A stretch of 64,000 bases of DNA, from positions 5,113,132 through 5,177,131 of the forward strand of contig OZ241997.1 in the NCBI GenBank assembly GCA_965204435.1, in the 5' to 3' direction. Positions 17,590-27,391 of the stretch are shown in pieces. The first letter of the stretch is position 1, and each line of letters starts with the position of its first letter. The stretch comes from Bryobacterales bacterium. Its GTDB lineage: Bacteria > Acidobacteriota > Terriglobia > Bryobacterales > UBA6623. The translations under genes were made by a program, and so were the position numbers. The notes under the pieces were generated by a model, which did not search any database, was not told the origin of the DNA, and worked only from the letters and a program-made list of their open reading frames with translations.

Positions 17590-17618
17590 GTGATAGCAGG
17601 TTCGGCAAAGTTTTGCAA
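17590..17618 (-). promoter_or_regulatory. sigma70-like promoter candidate for lpxC
   Basis: On the minus strand: TTGCAA (17613-17618), a 17-nt spacer, then TATCAC (17590-17595). It lies about 20 nt upstream of the lpxC GTG in a locally AT-rich gap. Sequence match only. Confidence 0.25.
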
Positions 17619-17678
17619 GTATCTGTTAAATAATGACTTGGACACACTCAAGTGTGTCAAAACTGCAACGACTGAGGC

Positions 17679-18848
17679 TCAGACCACGCCATACAACCGG
17701 CTTGGATTGAGTAGCGACAGGGGATCGAAGTCGGCCTTGATGCGCTGCACGAGCTGCAACTCGCTGCCGCCAGCGTTCCATTGCTGGATGCCTTGCTTGA
17801 GCGTGTCAGGGCCGGCCTCAAGAGTCGCGCGAAAGCCCCCTTGCCGGAGTTCGGCGATGGCGCGCCCAGCCGTCTCGGTGTCCGGAGCCATTAGGAGTCC
17901 GGTCGCGTTGCCGGCGCGCAGCGCGGCTGCGCAGCCGCAGCGGGCTGCCAGGTCCAGCAGCTCTGCCAGCCTAGTCTGGACTGTCGAACAGCGCACCAGC
18001 GCACCGTCCGGGTGCGTGTTCAGCCAGTTCGGGCCGCATTCGCGCACGCGCTGCCAGAGTCCCTCGGGCGCGCCATCAAGGCTCACGCCATGTGTCGCAG
18101 CGAGCGTGTCAAAGGCCTCGTTGAACCGGCGTGTCACGGAAGGGCTTCCCGCAGCCTCGGCGAGCAGCGCCGGCGAGCCACCCAGGCCGAGAGCTCGGGC
18201 AGCGCCGGCTTCGAGCCAGTCGATCGCGATCGGTTGCAGGACGCCCCCCAGGATTTGCTTGCGCACCTCCAGCAGGGACGCCGATGCCCCACGGAACACG
18301 AATGAGGCGAAACTCTCGGGCATGGGGAACACCTTGAAGTTCGCTGAAGCGATGACGGCGAGCGTGCCAAATGATCCGATCATCAATTTGGCCATGTCCA
18401 GTCCGGTCACGTTCTTGACGACCATGCCGCCCGAACTGACGATCTTGCCGTCCAGCGTTGCGAAGCGCATGCCGATCGTCATATCCCGCGCGGTGCCGAA
18501 CCGTCGACGCCGGCTGCCGCTGGAGTTCGCTGCCAGGATCCCGCCTACGGTCGCATCCTCGGCGAACGGAGGGTCGAGCGGAAGAAACTGGTTGTTCTCC
18601 GCGAGCGTCCGGCTCAGGTCGGCGTAGCGCATGCCCGCTTCGACACTGACCGTGAGGTCGGCGGGCTCGTACGCCAGCAGGCGGTTGAGGCCGCAGGTCT
18701 GCAACCGGCAGGTGGCCTGCCGGAGCGGACCGCCGAAACTTGCCTTCGAGAAGGCGCCCCGCGTCTCGATGCTGGCCTGCTCCTCGGCGCAGCGGAGCAG
18801 GGCGGCGCGCAACTCCTCGATTGTCGATGGTGCGAGCGATTCGGGCAT
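17679..18848 (-). CDS. FAD-binding oxidoreductase, glycolate oxidase GlcE-like subunit
   Basis: FAD_binding_4-type motifs are present: ATVGGILAANSSG, GMVVKNVTGLDMAKLMIGSFGTLAVI. Length 389 aa. Confidence 0.65.
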   Translation of the reverse strand: MPESLAPSTIEELRAALLRCAEEQASIETRGAFSKASFGGPLRQATCRLQTCGLNRLLAYEPADLTVSVEAGMRYADLSRTLAENNQFLPLDPPFAEDATVGGILAANSSGSRRRRFGTARDMTIGMRFATLDGKIVSSGGMVVKNVTGLDMAKLMIGSFGTLAVIASANFKVFPMPESFASFVFRGASASLLEVRKQILGGVLQPIAIDWLEAGAARALGLGGSPALLAEAAGSPSVTRRFNEAFDTLAATHGVSLDGAPEGLWQRVRECGPNWLNTHPDGALVRCSTVQTRLAELLDLAARCGCAAALRAGNATGLLMAPDTETAGRAIAELRQGGFRATLEAGPDTLKQGIQQWNAGGSELQLVQRIKADFDPLSLLNPSRLYGVV

Positions 18849-18946
18849 GAGGCGTTAGGCGGGACTCGGGAGGCGCGCAATGCGACGCTCCGCCATAGGG
18901 CGGGCTCCGACAGTCTCGACTGCAAGCAAGCGTGCCGCCGAAATGG

Positions 18947-20014
18947 CTACATTACGCGCTCGAAAATGGCGAAGTCTCCCGGATTCCAAGCTTGCGCGAT
19001 CACGTACAGCTTGCCATTGGCCTTGTGCAGCACCGCGTTGTGGACATGCTGGAATTTCTCGAGGCCCAGTTCGGCTTTGGGCAGGATGGTCGATACCAGC
19101 CTGTCGTCTTCGAGGATATAGATCGGTGCGCCCTGCGGCCGGTCCGCGCCGTGCAGGGCACCGACCACGCCGAGGTTGTCCAGATAGTCGACATCGCAGG
19201 GAAACGATCCCAACGGGAGCTTGAGGGTGGAGATGTACTGGCCGTGGCGTGTGAAGCGATCAATCTCGGCGTTCGGACGGTCGGCGATATCGATGCGGCG
19301 CGTTCCCATCGGTACGGTTATGCCGTGACCGGTGCCGAACTGTCCGGCCCCGCTGCCCTTGCCTCCGAAGGCGAGGTCGTACCAGGAAATCTTGAATGGA
19401 CTGGTGTTTTCCACCTTGGCGGTGATCACGTAGTCCAGCGACGAGTAGCCGGTGGCGACGTACAACAGGCCGTCAAGCTCCTCGACGTCGGTTGGCACGA
19501 AGTTCCCGCGTCCCATGAAGTAATCGGTGGCCGTGGGCGTTCCAAGGTCCTCGCCGCCACTGGGGGTGGTCAACTTGTGCTCGAGCTTTCCTCCCAAATC
19601 GGTCGTGTAGACCGTGCTGTTTCCATTGCCGGGAAACGTCAGGTGTGGCTCGCCGCCAGAGTCGTACCAGATCGTGGCGTTGTGCATGTTGTGCGGCTTC
19701 ATTTCGGCCGCGGTTGGCAGCATCTTGGTCGCGCCCAGGTCGCTGCTGATCTGGATGATGCCTGCGCCCGGCAGCGCGAAGTAGACCTCGCCCTTGCCTT
19801 CGCGACGGTCGATGGCGAATCCACCGTGGGCCTTCTCAAGCACGGCCTGGGCCTCTTGCGGCAGGTGGCTGCCTTTGTAGACAACCTTGAACTTGTAGTC
19901 GCCCTGTCCGCTGGTGAGGTGGTTGTCTGCCGCCGTGGGCACGGGCGCGAAACCGGCGTTCCACGTGACCAGCAGCAGAGTCGCGAATAACGCTGTGAGA
20001 AACGTGCGTAACAT
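18947..20014 (-). CDS. secreted beta-propeller (NHL-repeat-like) protein
   Basis: Start set at MLRTFLTALFATLLLVTW (signal peptide, ATG 20014). Repeated strand motifs (GEVYFALPGAGIIQI, LYVATGYS, GKLYVIAQAW; GSGAGQFGTGHGI). Confidence 0.45.
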   Translation of the reverse strand: MLRTFLTALFATLLLVTWNAGFAPVPTAADNHLTSGQGDYKFKVVYKGSHLPQEAQAVLEKAHGGFAIDRREGKGEVYFALPGAGIIQISSDLGATKMLPTAAEMKPHNMHNATIWYDSGGEPHLTFPGNGNSTVYTTDLGGKLEHKLTTPSGGEDLGTPTATDYFMGRGNFVPTDVEELDGLLYVATGYSSLDYVITAKVENTSPFKISWYDLAFGGKGSGAGQFGTGHGITVPMGTRRIDIADRPNAEIDRFTRHGQYISTLKLPLGSFPCDVDYLDNLGVVGALHGADRPQGAPIYILEDDRLVSTILPKAELGLEKFQHVHNAVLHKANGKLYVIAQAWNPGDFAIFERVM

Positions 20015-20356
20015 GAATGCCTGCCTTTGGCAATACTGTACACGACTGTGCTGTCCGAACGTGTGGTGCGCGCGCGATTTGGACCGGACTGAGGCAAGTT
20101 CTCCCGGATCTGCGGCGCTTCGGCCAAGCTGTCCGGCGCGTGTTGGTTGCAATCTCCCAGTTCGGTTCGTTCGACCTCTTCCGGGCCTGCAGTTGGCGCC
20201 CGCGCCCGCCAGTCGCAGGATCTTGTCGTGGCTGCTGCTGACCCAGTCGAATCGGGCGGTGGTGGTAACATCACACTAGGCAGTTGGCTGCCCCGCGCCG
20301 TTCGAGGCAGCGTTCGCAGCCGTTGCCTCTTGAGGCCCGTTGGGAGGGTTCGAAGC

Positions 20357-22492
20357 ATGTCCGCAGTTGACCTGAAGCCCGTGGACAGTCGCGCCGAATG
20401 GGGGCACCTGCCCAATGCGATTCGGGAAGAGATCGACATCTTCGAGACCGAGCTGCGGCGGGTTCAGGCCGGCTTGGTCGACGAGAAGATCTTCACCGAG
20501 TTCCGCTTGCGCCACGGCGTCTACGGGCAGCGCCAGGATCGGGTCCAGATGCAGCGCATTAAGATCCCGATGGGGCGATTGAGCGCGAACCAATTGGTGG
20601 CCTTGGCGGACATCGCCGAGGAATACGCCGTTGGTGTGCTGCACGTGACGACACGTCAGGACTTCCAGTGCCACTTCGTCGACATCAATGACACCCCGAA
20701 CCTGATGCGGCGGCTGGCGGCCGTGGGCATCACCACGCGCGAGGCGTGTGGCAACGTCATCCGCAACGTGACCTGCTGCCCGTGCGCGGGAGTTTGCCCC
20801 GACGAGGCGTTCGACGTCGCTCCGCATGCCCACGCGATGGCGTACTTCATGCTGCGCCATCCGGATGCGCAGAATTTCGGGCGCAAGTTCAAGATCTCCT
20901 ACTCGGGGTGCTCGGAGCACGGTTGCGGCTTGGGCCGGATGCACGACATCGGCGCCGTCGCGAGAGTCCGCGACGGAGTTCAGGGATTCGAGGTCTACGT
21001 CGGCGGCGGACTCGGCTCTCTGCCGCACCAGGCAAAGCTCTACAGCGAGTTCATGCCGGCCGACCAGATGCTGCCCTTGGCACAGGCGATCTCGCGCGTG
21101 TTCGCGAGGCTGGGAGAGAAGAAGAACCGCGCCAAGGCGCGCATGAAGTTCTTGATCGCCAAGCAGGGGATCGACGAATTCAAGCGGCTGGTCGAAGAGG
21201 AGCGCGAGCGGCTGTCGGCCGACCCGCGGTGGGAGGGCGAGCTCCAGCTGGCGCTGGAGCAGCTCCGCGACGAACCGTTGAACCCCCCGTCGCGGCTCGA
21301 TGCGGGCCGCAGCCAGGCCCCGCAGTTCGCCGAGTGGCTCGAACTCAACGTGCATCCGCAGAGTCAGGACGGCTACTCGATGGTGGACATCTATTTGCCC
21401 CTTGGCGATATCACCTCGCTCCAGGCGCGGCAGCTGGCGGATGTCTCGCGGAAGTATGTCAAGGACACCTTGCGCACCACGGTCGACCAGAACCTGCTGC
21501 TGCAGTGGGTTTCTAACGCGGACCTGCCGGACTTGTTCGCAGACCTGGCCCAGATCGGCCTCGCCGAGACCGGCGCGGGCCGGCTCAAGGATGTCGTTGC
21601 CTGCCCGGGAACTGACTCTTGCAAGCTCGGCATCACGGCTTCGCGGGGCTTGGCGGCGCACCTGAGGAAGGAATTCGGCAACGGCATGAGCGCGATCGCG
21701 CATCGCTCGGACCTCAAGATCAAGATCAGCGGTTGCTTCAACTCTTGCGGCCAGCACCACATCGCTGACATCGGGTTCTTCGGCTCTGTCCAGCGCAAGA
21801 AGAACGACACCGCGCCGGTGTTCCAAGTCACGCTGGGCGGCTCGACCCGCAACAATGCCGAGTCGTACGGCCTCGCTGTCGGCAAGATCCCGTCCCAAAA
21901 CGTGGACAAGGCCATCGTTAGGGTGACGGAGTTCTACAACCGCGAGAAGCGCGGCGACGAGACGTTGAGCGACGTCGTGGCCCGCCTCGGCAAGACGCGG
22001 GTCAAGCAAGAGCTGGCCGAGTTCATGGAACTGCCCACGTTCGAGGAGTCGCCCGACTTCTATCGCGACATCCGCCAGCCATGGCAGTACAAGCGCTCGA
22101 TCGGTGTCGGCGAGTGCGCGGGCGAGGTTGTCGATCAAGCGGAGTTCTTGCTCGAGGATGCCGACCGGATTCACTTCGAGTCCACCTTGGACCTGGAGCG
22201 GGATCGCTTCGGCGACGCGTCGGCCAAGGCGTTCGAGGCATGCAAGAAGGCCGCCGACGCGCTACTGTTCACGAAGGGGCTGTGGCTCTCGGACCGCTAC
22301 GACACGGTTGAGGAATTTCGCAAGCACTTCTACGACACCGACAGCTTTTATAAGCCGTTTGCCGACAACTTCATTCGCACGGCGCAAGAAGGCCCCAGCG
22401 AGGATTCGGAGCGGGCGCGGCTGCGCGTTGAAGAAGCGACCCTGTTCATCGAGGCGGCACAGGGCGTGTATTCGCAGGCGACGGATTTCTAG
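20357..22492 (+). CDS. ferredoxin-type sulfite/nitrite reductase with C-terminal extension
   Basis: Start set at MSAVDLKPV (20357). Two NIR_SIR half-domains are present. The siroheme/4Fe-4S cysteine cluster is ACPGTDSCKLG ... SGCFNSCGQHHIADIGF. About 150 additional, mostly helical residues follow the core. Confidence 0.8.
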   Translation: MSAVDLKPVDSRAEWGHLPNAIREEIDIFETELRRVQAGLVDEKIFTEFRLRHGVYGQRQDRVQMQRIKIPMGRLSANQLVALADIAEEYAVGVLHVTTRQDFQCHFVDINDTPNLMRRLAAVGITTREACGNVIRNVTCCPCAGVCPDEAFDVAPHAHAMAYFMLRHPDAQNFGRKFKISYSGCSEHGCGLGRMHDIGAVARVRDGVQGFEVYVGGGLGSLPHQAKLYSEFMPADQMLPLAQAISRVFARLGEKKNRAKARMKFLIAKQGIDEFKRLVEEERERLSADPRWEGELQLALEQLRDEPLNPPSRLDAGRSQAPQFAEWLELNVHPQSQDGYSMVDIYLPLGDITSLQARQLADVSRKYVKDTLRTTVDQNLLLQWVSNADLPDLFADLAQIGLAETGAGRLKDVVACPGTDSCKLGITASRGLAAHLRKEFGNGMSAIAHRSDLKIKISGCFNSCGQHHIADIGFFGSVQRKKNDTAPVFQVTLGGSTRNNAESYGLAVGKIPSQNVDKAIVRVTEFYNREKRGDETLSDVVARLGKTRVKQELAEFMELPTFEESPDFYRDIRQPWQYKRSIGVGECAGEVVDQAEFLLEDADRIHFESTLDLERDRFGDASAKAFEACKKAADALLFTKGLWLSDRYDTVEEFRKHFYDTDSFYKPFADNFIRTAQEGPSEDSERARLRVEEATLFIEAAQGVYSQATDF

Positions 22493-22506
22493 GCCTGGCC
22501 GACCGC

Positions 22507-23031
22507 ATGCAATCAAACTTGCAGAGGATCGATGTCAAGCTGTTGCTTGACTGCCCGCGCGATCCCGACCTTGACCAGTTCTTGGTGATCTTCGACCGCT
22601 GGCGCAAGGCCGACGACCATCCGGCCGATTGGGTGGATCTGGCGGACTACGCCCACATGCCCGGCGGGCCGGGAATCCTGATCGCCGGCAAGCGGGACAC
22701 GTTCTCCGTCAACCTCAGCCCTCCCGGCCCGGGCCTGTTGACCAGTGTTCGCAGCGGCTTGGCAGGGTCGTTGGAAGATCGCTTTCGCGAGGCGCTGCGG
22801 CGCGCCCGCGAGTTCAACGCTGCGGTCATTGCGGAGCCGGAATTTCCGGCCGATTTCTCTGTTCGCGAGGGTGCTTGGGAAGTCTACGTCAACGACCGGC
22901 TGGGATTCCCCAACACGGATCCGACGGACAGGCTGGTGCGTCCGGCCGTGGCCGCTGCGCTCGGCATAGCTCCGGAGTTGTTGACGCGCGACCCCGATTC
23001 GCGAAATCGGCTGGGATACTCGGCCAAGTAG
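22507..23031 (+). CDS. hypothetical protein
   Basis: 174-aa ORF 14 nt downstream of the reductase stop on the same strand, with host-like codon bias. I recognise no motif. Confidence 0.5.
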   Translation: MQSNLQRIDVKLLLDCPRDPDLDQFLVIFDRWRKADDHPADWVDLADYAHMPGGPGILIAGKRDTFSVNLSPPGPGLLTSVRSGLAGSLEDRFREALRRAREFNAAVIAEPEFPADFSVREGAWEVYVNDRLGFPNTDPTDRLVRPAVAAALGIAPELLTRDPDSRNRLGYSAK

Positions 23032-23280
23032 GCGGTCGGCCAGTGGTTCGGCCCTGTCCGATCAGACCGGGCCCGGTCGGCAAGACCGTTACCTCCGCTA
23101 CGGACCCTCGACCCAAGGCAGGCATTGCGGCTCAACGCGATCCGCGATCGCTCCGGACGCCGTAGTCGGGGCGGTCTAGGCCGAGCCCTCGGGATCGTAT
23201 CGAGTGCTATTCTCAAATTTTGGGCCCGCCACTCCGATCCGGAGTTAGTGCAGCCTCTGCCTGAGGCGAGTGGAGCTCCC

Positions 23281-24183
23281 ATGCTGACGTTCCAAGAGAT
23301 CGTGATGCGCCTGAAGGCGTACTGGGCCAGGCAGGGTTGCATCATCCAAGAGCCGTTCGACTGCGAGGTCGGCGCGGGGACGATGTGCCCGGAGACTTTC
23401 TTGCGCGTGCTGGGCAGCGAGCCCTACAAGGTTGCCTATGTGCAGCCCAGCCGCCGTCCGGCGGATGGGCGGTATGGCGAAAACCCCAACCGCCTGTACA
23501 AGCACATGCAGCTGCAGGTGATCCTAAAGCCCGCGCCGGAAGACGTCGTGGATCTCTATCTGAAGAGCTTGGAAGAGATCGGGATCGACCTCTCGCAGCA
23601 CGATTGCAAATTGGAAGAGGACAATTGGGAGTCGCCGACCTTGGGTGCCTGGGGCGTGGGCTGGCAGGTCATGTTGGATGGCCTCGAGATCACACAGTTC
23701 ACCTACTTCCAACAGTGCGGCGGATTGGACTTGGACGTCGTTCCCGCCGAACTCACCTATGGCCTGGAGCGCTTGGCGGCGTTTATTCAAGACGTTGAGA
23801 GCGTTTACGATATCCGCTGGAACGACCAATGGACCTACGCCGATGTGAGGCTGGCCGACGAGGAGCAGTACTCCGCCTACAACTTCGAGGAGGCCGACGT
23901 TAGCTTTGTCTGGGACGAGTTCAACCTGCACGAAGCCGAGTGCAAGCGGCTCCTGGAGCGCTATGCGAGCGAACTAGCGCCTTTGGAACGTCGGCGTTTT
24001 CCGCTGCTGGCCGCGTTTGACCAGACCCTGAAGTGCTCGCACTTGTTCAACACGCTGCAGGCCCGGGGCGCAATTAGCGTCACCGAGCGCGCCCAGGTGA
24101 TCCAGCGAGTGCGCAACCTCGCGGTTGCGGTTGCCAAGGCGTGGGTCGACCAACGGCAGGGCCAGGCCGGGGAGGCAGCGTGA
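23281..24183 (+). CDS. glyQ: glycine--tRNA ligase alpha subunit
   Basis: [45 protein letters not shown]...[27 protein letters not shown] is the highly conserved GlyQ sequence. Confidence 0.95.
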   Translation: MLTFQEIVMRLKAYWARQGCIIQEPFDCEVGAGTMCPETFLRVLGSEPYKVAYVQPSRRPADGRYGENPNRLYKHMQLQVILKPAPEDVVDLYLKSLEEIGIDLSQHDCKLEEDNWESPTLGAWGVGWQVMLDGLEITQFTYFQQCGGLDLDVVPAELTYGLERLAAFIQDVESVYDIRWNDQWTYADVRLADEEQYSAYNFEEADVSFVWDEFNLHEAECKRLLERYASELAPLERRRFPLLAAFDQTLKCSHLFNTLQARGAISVTERAQVIQRVRNLAVAVAKAWVDQRQGQAGEAA

Positions 24184-26258
24184 GCGACCTGCTTCTCGAA
24201 GTCGGCACCGAGGAAATCCCGGCTCGCTTGGTGCCGGGGGCGATGCGGGACTTGGAAAAAGGCTTCCGAGCGGCCCTGCGCGAGCTCGACCTCGAGTGCG
24301 GCGGGCGAATCTCGGTCGATGCCACGCCGCGCCGCTTGGCGCTGGTTGCGGAGGGTCTGCCCGATCGGCAGCGCGACCGGACCGAGACATTGGCGGGACC
24401 GTCGAAGCAGATAGCCTTTGATCCCGATGGCAATCCCACGCGCGCGGCGCTGGGATTCGCGCGCAAGGCGGGTGTCGCGGTCGAGGAGCTCGAACTTGGC
24501 GACGACGGCAAGCTCACAGTGCGGCGCACCATCGCCGGCCAGCGAACGCACGACCTGCTGGCTCGCGTGCTCCCGGACGTAGTGCTCGGCGTGCGCTTTC
24601 CGCGCAGCATGTACTGGATGGGCAAGGGCAGCCCTCGATTCATCCGGCCGATTCGCTGGCTGGTGGCGCTGCTCGACGGCGATGTCGTGCCCGTGGAGTT
24701 TGCCGGGGTCCGGTCCGGCAATGTCACTTGGGGGCACCGGCGGCTCGGTTCCGGGCCGATCACCGTCAACTCGGCCGAAGAGTATCGGTCTGGCTTGCGC
24801 GCTAATGCGGTGCTGCTTTCCGCCGAAGGCAGGGCGTCGAAGATCGTCGCTGACGCCGAGGCGCTGTTGCCAGCGGGCTACGAACTGAGGCGCAACGAAC
24901 GGTTGCTGCAGACGTTGGTGTTCGAGACGGAGCATCCGACGGCGATCTTGGGGAGCTTTGACGAGAGCTACCTGGACCTTCCCGAGGAGGTGCTCGAGAC
25001 GGTCATGCTCGTCCATCAAAAGTACTTCGCCGTTCAGGACAGCTCAGGGGCGATGGCGAATCGCTTCGTGGCCATCGCGAACTCCGGCAGCGATAGCGAT
25101 GGCGAGATTCGCAGGGGGCACGAGCGCGTCCTGCGGGCCAGGTTCAATGACGCCCGCTTCTTCTGGCAGTTTGACCAGCGGAGTTCGCTGTCAGATCGTC
25201 TTGAAGATCTGAAGGCAGTCACCTTCCAAGCCTCGCTGGGCAGTTACTGGTCCAAGACCGAGAGCAACCTCGACGCAGTCGCGCGCCTGTGCGAAGCGCT
25301 TCCCTTGGACGCGGCCGACGCGACGAGCGCTCTGCGTGCCGTGCGTCTGGCAAAGACCGACCTGACGACCGAGATGGTGGGCGAGTTCCCGGAACTCCAA
25401 GGCAAGATCGGAGGTCTCTATGCGGCCGCGCAGGGGGAGTCGCAAGAGGTGGCTGACGCGATTTACGATCACTACCTGCCAGCGGGCGGTTCGGGTCCTA
25501 TCCCGCGATCGCTAGTCGGACGGCTGGCGTCGCTGGCCGACAGGCTCACGACTCTCGGCGGGATGTTTCGGATCGGCCTGATGCCCACCGGATCCAAGGA
25601 TCCGCTGGCACTGCGCCGGGCGGCTTTCGGGACGATTCGCATCGTCCTAGAAGGCTCTTTGGCGATCTCGCTAGACCAGTTGGTTGAGTTCGCGTCCGCC
25701 GGCGCCAATGCGCCGAAGCTGCGAGACTTCTTCTTGGATCGTCTGCGCTTCTGGTTGCAAGAATCGGGCGGTTTTGGCGCGGATTCGGCAGATGCCGTCT
25801 TGGCTGCTTCCGACGCCGTGCCCGTCGATGTACTAGCACGGGCGAGAGCCTTGGCCGAAGTTCGCCACACCCCCGACTTCGAGGCTCTGGCGGTCAGCTT
25901 CAAGCGGATCCGCAATATCTTGGAACAGTCCGGAACGGCACAATCGCTGGACAGCGCAAACTTGGATCTCACTCTGCTGGAGGGCGGGGCGGAGGCGGAC
26001 CTGCACGCCTCGCTGCAATCCGTTGGGGCGAAGATCGCCGAGCGCAACGCGAAGCGCGACTATGCGACCTCGCTGCGAGCGATCGCGACACTGCGGCCGG
26101 CCTTGGACCGCTATTTCGACGATGTCCTCGTGATGGCGAAGGACGAGGCTGTGCGTCGCAATCGCTTGGTGTTCTTGGCAGGCATGCTGAAGGCCCTGTC
26201 GACCATTGCTGACTTCTCGCTGATTGATGCGGAAGCGGCCGGCGGCCAGCGCAGCTAG
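24180..26258 (+). CDS. glyS: glycine--tRNA ligase beta subunit
   Basis: GTG 24180 overlaps the glyQ stop (GTGA). [18 protein letters not shown] is the canonical GlyS N-terminus. 692 aa. Confidence 0.9.
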   Translation: MSDLLLEVGTEEIPARLVPGAMRDLEKGFRAALRELDLECGGRISVDATPRRLALVAEGLPDRQRDRTETLAGPSKQIAFDPDGNPTRAALGFARKAGVAVEELELGDDGKLTVRRTIAGQRTHDLLARVLPDVVLGVRFPRSMYWMGKGSPRFIRPIRWLVALLDGDVVPVEFAGVRSGNVTWGHRRLGSGPITVNSAEEYRSGLRANAVLLSAEGRASKIVADAEALLPAGYELRRNERLLQTLVFETEHPTAILGSFDESYLDLPEEVLETVMLVHQKYFAVQDSSGAMANRFVAIANSGSDSDGEIRRGHERVLRARFNDARFFWQFDQRSSLSDRLEDLKAVTFQASLGSYWSKTESNLDAVARLCEALPLDAADATSALRAVRLAKTDLTTEMVGEFPELQGKIGGLYAAAQGESQEVADAIYDHYLPAGGSGPIPRSLVGRLASLADRLTTLGGMFRIGLMPTGSKDPLALRRAAFGTIRIVLEGSLAISLDQLVEFASAGANAPKLRDFFLDRLRFWLQESGGFGADSADAVLAASDAVPVDVLARARALAEVRHTPDFEALAVSFKRIRNILEQSGTAQSLDSANLDLTLLEGGAEADLHASLQSVGAKIAERNAKRDYATSLRAIATLRPALDRYFDDVLVMAKDEAVRRNRLVFLAGMLKALSTIADFSLIDAEAAGGQRS

Positions 26259-26264
26259 CTGCGC

Positions 26265-27194
26265 CTATAGTCCGTCGCGGTCCGGAATGTACTGCCGCAG
26301 GAAGCGGGCGCTTTGTCGGAGCGATAGCTTGCGCTCTTCCAGCGAACCCTCGTAAGCACGATCCTCCACCTCCACGCAAACAGGGCCGTCGTAGCCGGTC
26401 GAAGTCAGGACGGAGAAGAATCGCCCCCAGTCGACATCGCCAAGCCCCGGGAGCTTGGGCGTGTGGAACTGGAGGGGGTACGCCAAGATGCCGACGTCGT
26501 CGAGCAGCTTCTGGTCCACGCGGACGTCCTTCGCGTGAACGTGGAAGATGCGGTCTCTGAAATCGCGCAACGGGGCGATGGCGTCCATCTGCATCCAAGT
26601 CGGATGCGAAGGATCGTAGTTGAGTCCGAACGAGGGGCTGGGAATGTCCTCGAACATGCGCCGCCAGATGGCGGGCGAGCAGGCAAGATTCTTGCCCCCC
26701 GGCCATTCATCGCGAGTGAAGATCATCGGACAGTTCTCGATTCCGATCCGGACGCCGTGATCTTCGGCATAGGCAACCAAGTGCCGCCAGACCTCCCGGA
26801 AGCGCGGCCAGTTCTCTTCTACGGACCGAGTCCAGTCGCGGCCGACGAATGTGTTGACAGTGGAAAGGCCAAGCGCGCGTGCGGCTCGGATTACGGAGCG
26901 AATGTGGTCTTGGGCAACACGGGCCTCTTCGCTGTCGGGCGAGAGGGGATTGGGATAGTATCCGAGGCCGCTGATCTGGATTTGATGACGATCAAGCGAC
27001 GCATTGATCCTGTCGATGCCGGCATCGTCTAGGGTGGCAGTGTCGATGTGGGTAACGCCGGCGTACCGCCGCTCGGCCTTGCCGGGCGGCCAGCACATGA
27101 CCTCGATGCAGTCATAGTCCTCCGCTGCCCCGATTCGACAGACCTCGTCGAAGGAGAGGTCGGGCAGGACGGCGCTGACAAATCCAAGTTGCAT
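26265..27194 (-). CDS. sugar phosphate isomerase/epimerase (xylose-isomerase-like TIM barrel)
   Basis: 309 aa. The IEN (GIENCP), HVHAKD and VEVED metal-ligand pattern is typical of the AP_endonuc_2 TIM-barrel family. No signal peptide. Confidence 0.7.
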   Translation of the reverse strand: MQLGFVSAVLPDLSFDEVCRIGAAEDYDCIEVMCWPPGKAERRYAGVTHIDTATLDDAGIDRINASLDRHQIQISGLGYYPNPLSPDSEEARVAQDHIRSVIRAARALGLSTVNTFVGRDWTRSVEENWPRFREVWRHLVAYAEDHGVRIGIENCPMIFTRDEWPGGKNLACSPAIWRRMFEDIPSPSFGLNYDPSHPTWMQMDAIAPLRDFRDRIFHVHAKDVRVDQKLLDDVGILAYPLQFHTPKLPGLGDVDWGRFFSVLTSTGYDGPVCVEVEDRAYEGSLEERKLSLRQSARFLRQYIPDRDGL

Positions 27195-27391
27195 GTCTGT
27201 TCACAGGGTAGCGCCAGCATCGCCCATGTCGCCGAGCCCTGACCCGCGCGAGGGAGGGGTCTTGGTAATGGCGCCAGTTCGCGGCCCTGTAAGCACAGCC
27301 ATTTGCGGGTAGCCGTGTCAACGTGGGCTAGGGGCAACACGAGTGTCGCGAATCGGGAGGGCGCCCCGTCCCGCGCGGCCGTGGCGAGCTG

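Noticed and set aside
16843-18627. 594-aa ORF on the + strand
   Set aside because: It lies entirely antisense to lpxC and the glcE-like gene, which both have clear family motifs. The translation is Arg/Ala/Pro-rich with no motifs. This is a typical shadow ORF of high-GC DNA.
20276-22174. 632-aa ORF on the - strand
   Set aside because: It is antisense to the sulfite/nitrite reductase gene, which has the diagnostic Cys cluster. Shadow ORF.
23032-23280. Possible T-box or other leader upstream of glyQS, including the 14-bp palindrome gaccgggcccggtc
   Set aside because: I could not find a T-box consensus or a specifier/antiterminator arrangement. The palindrome alone is insufficient, and GC-rich palindromes are frequent in this DNA.
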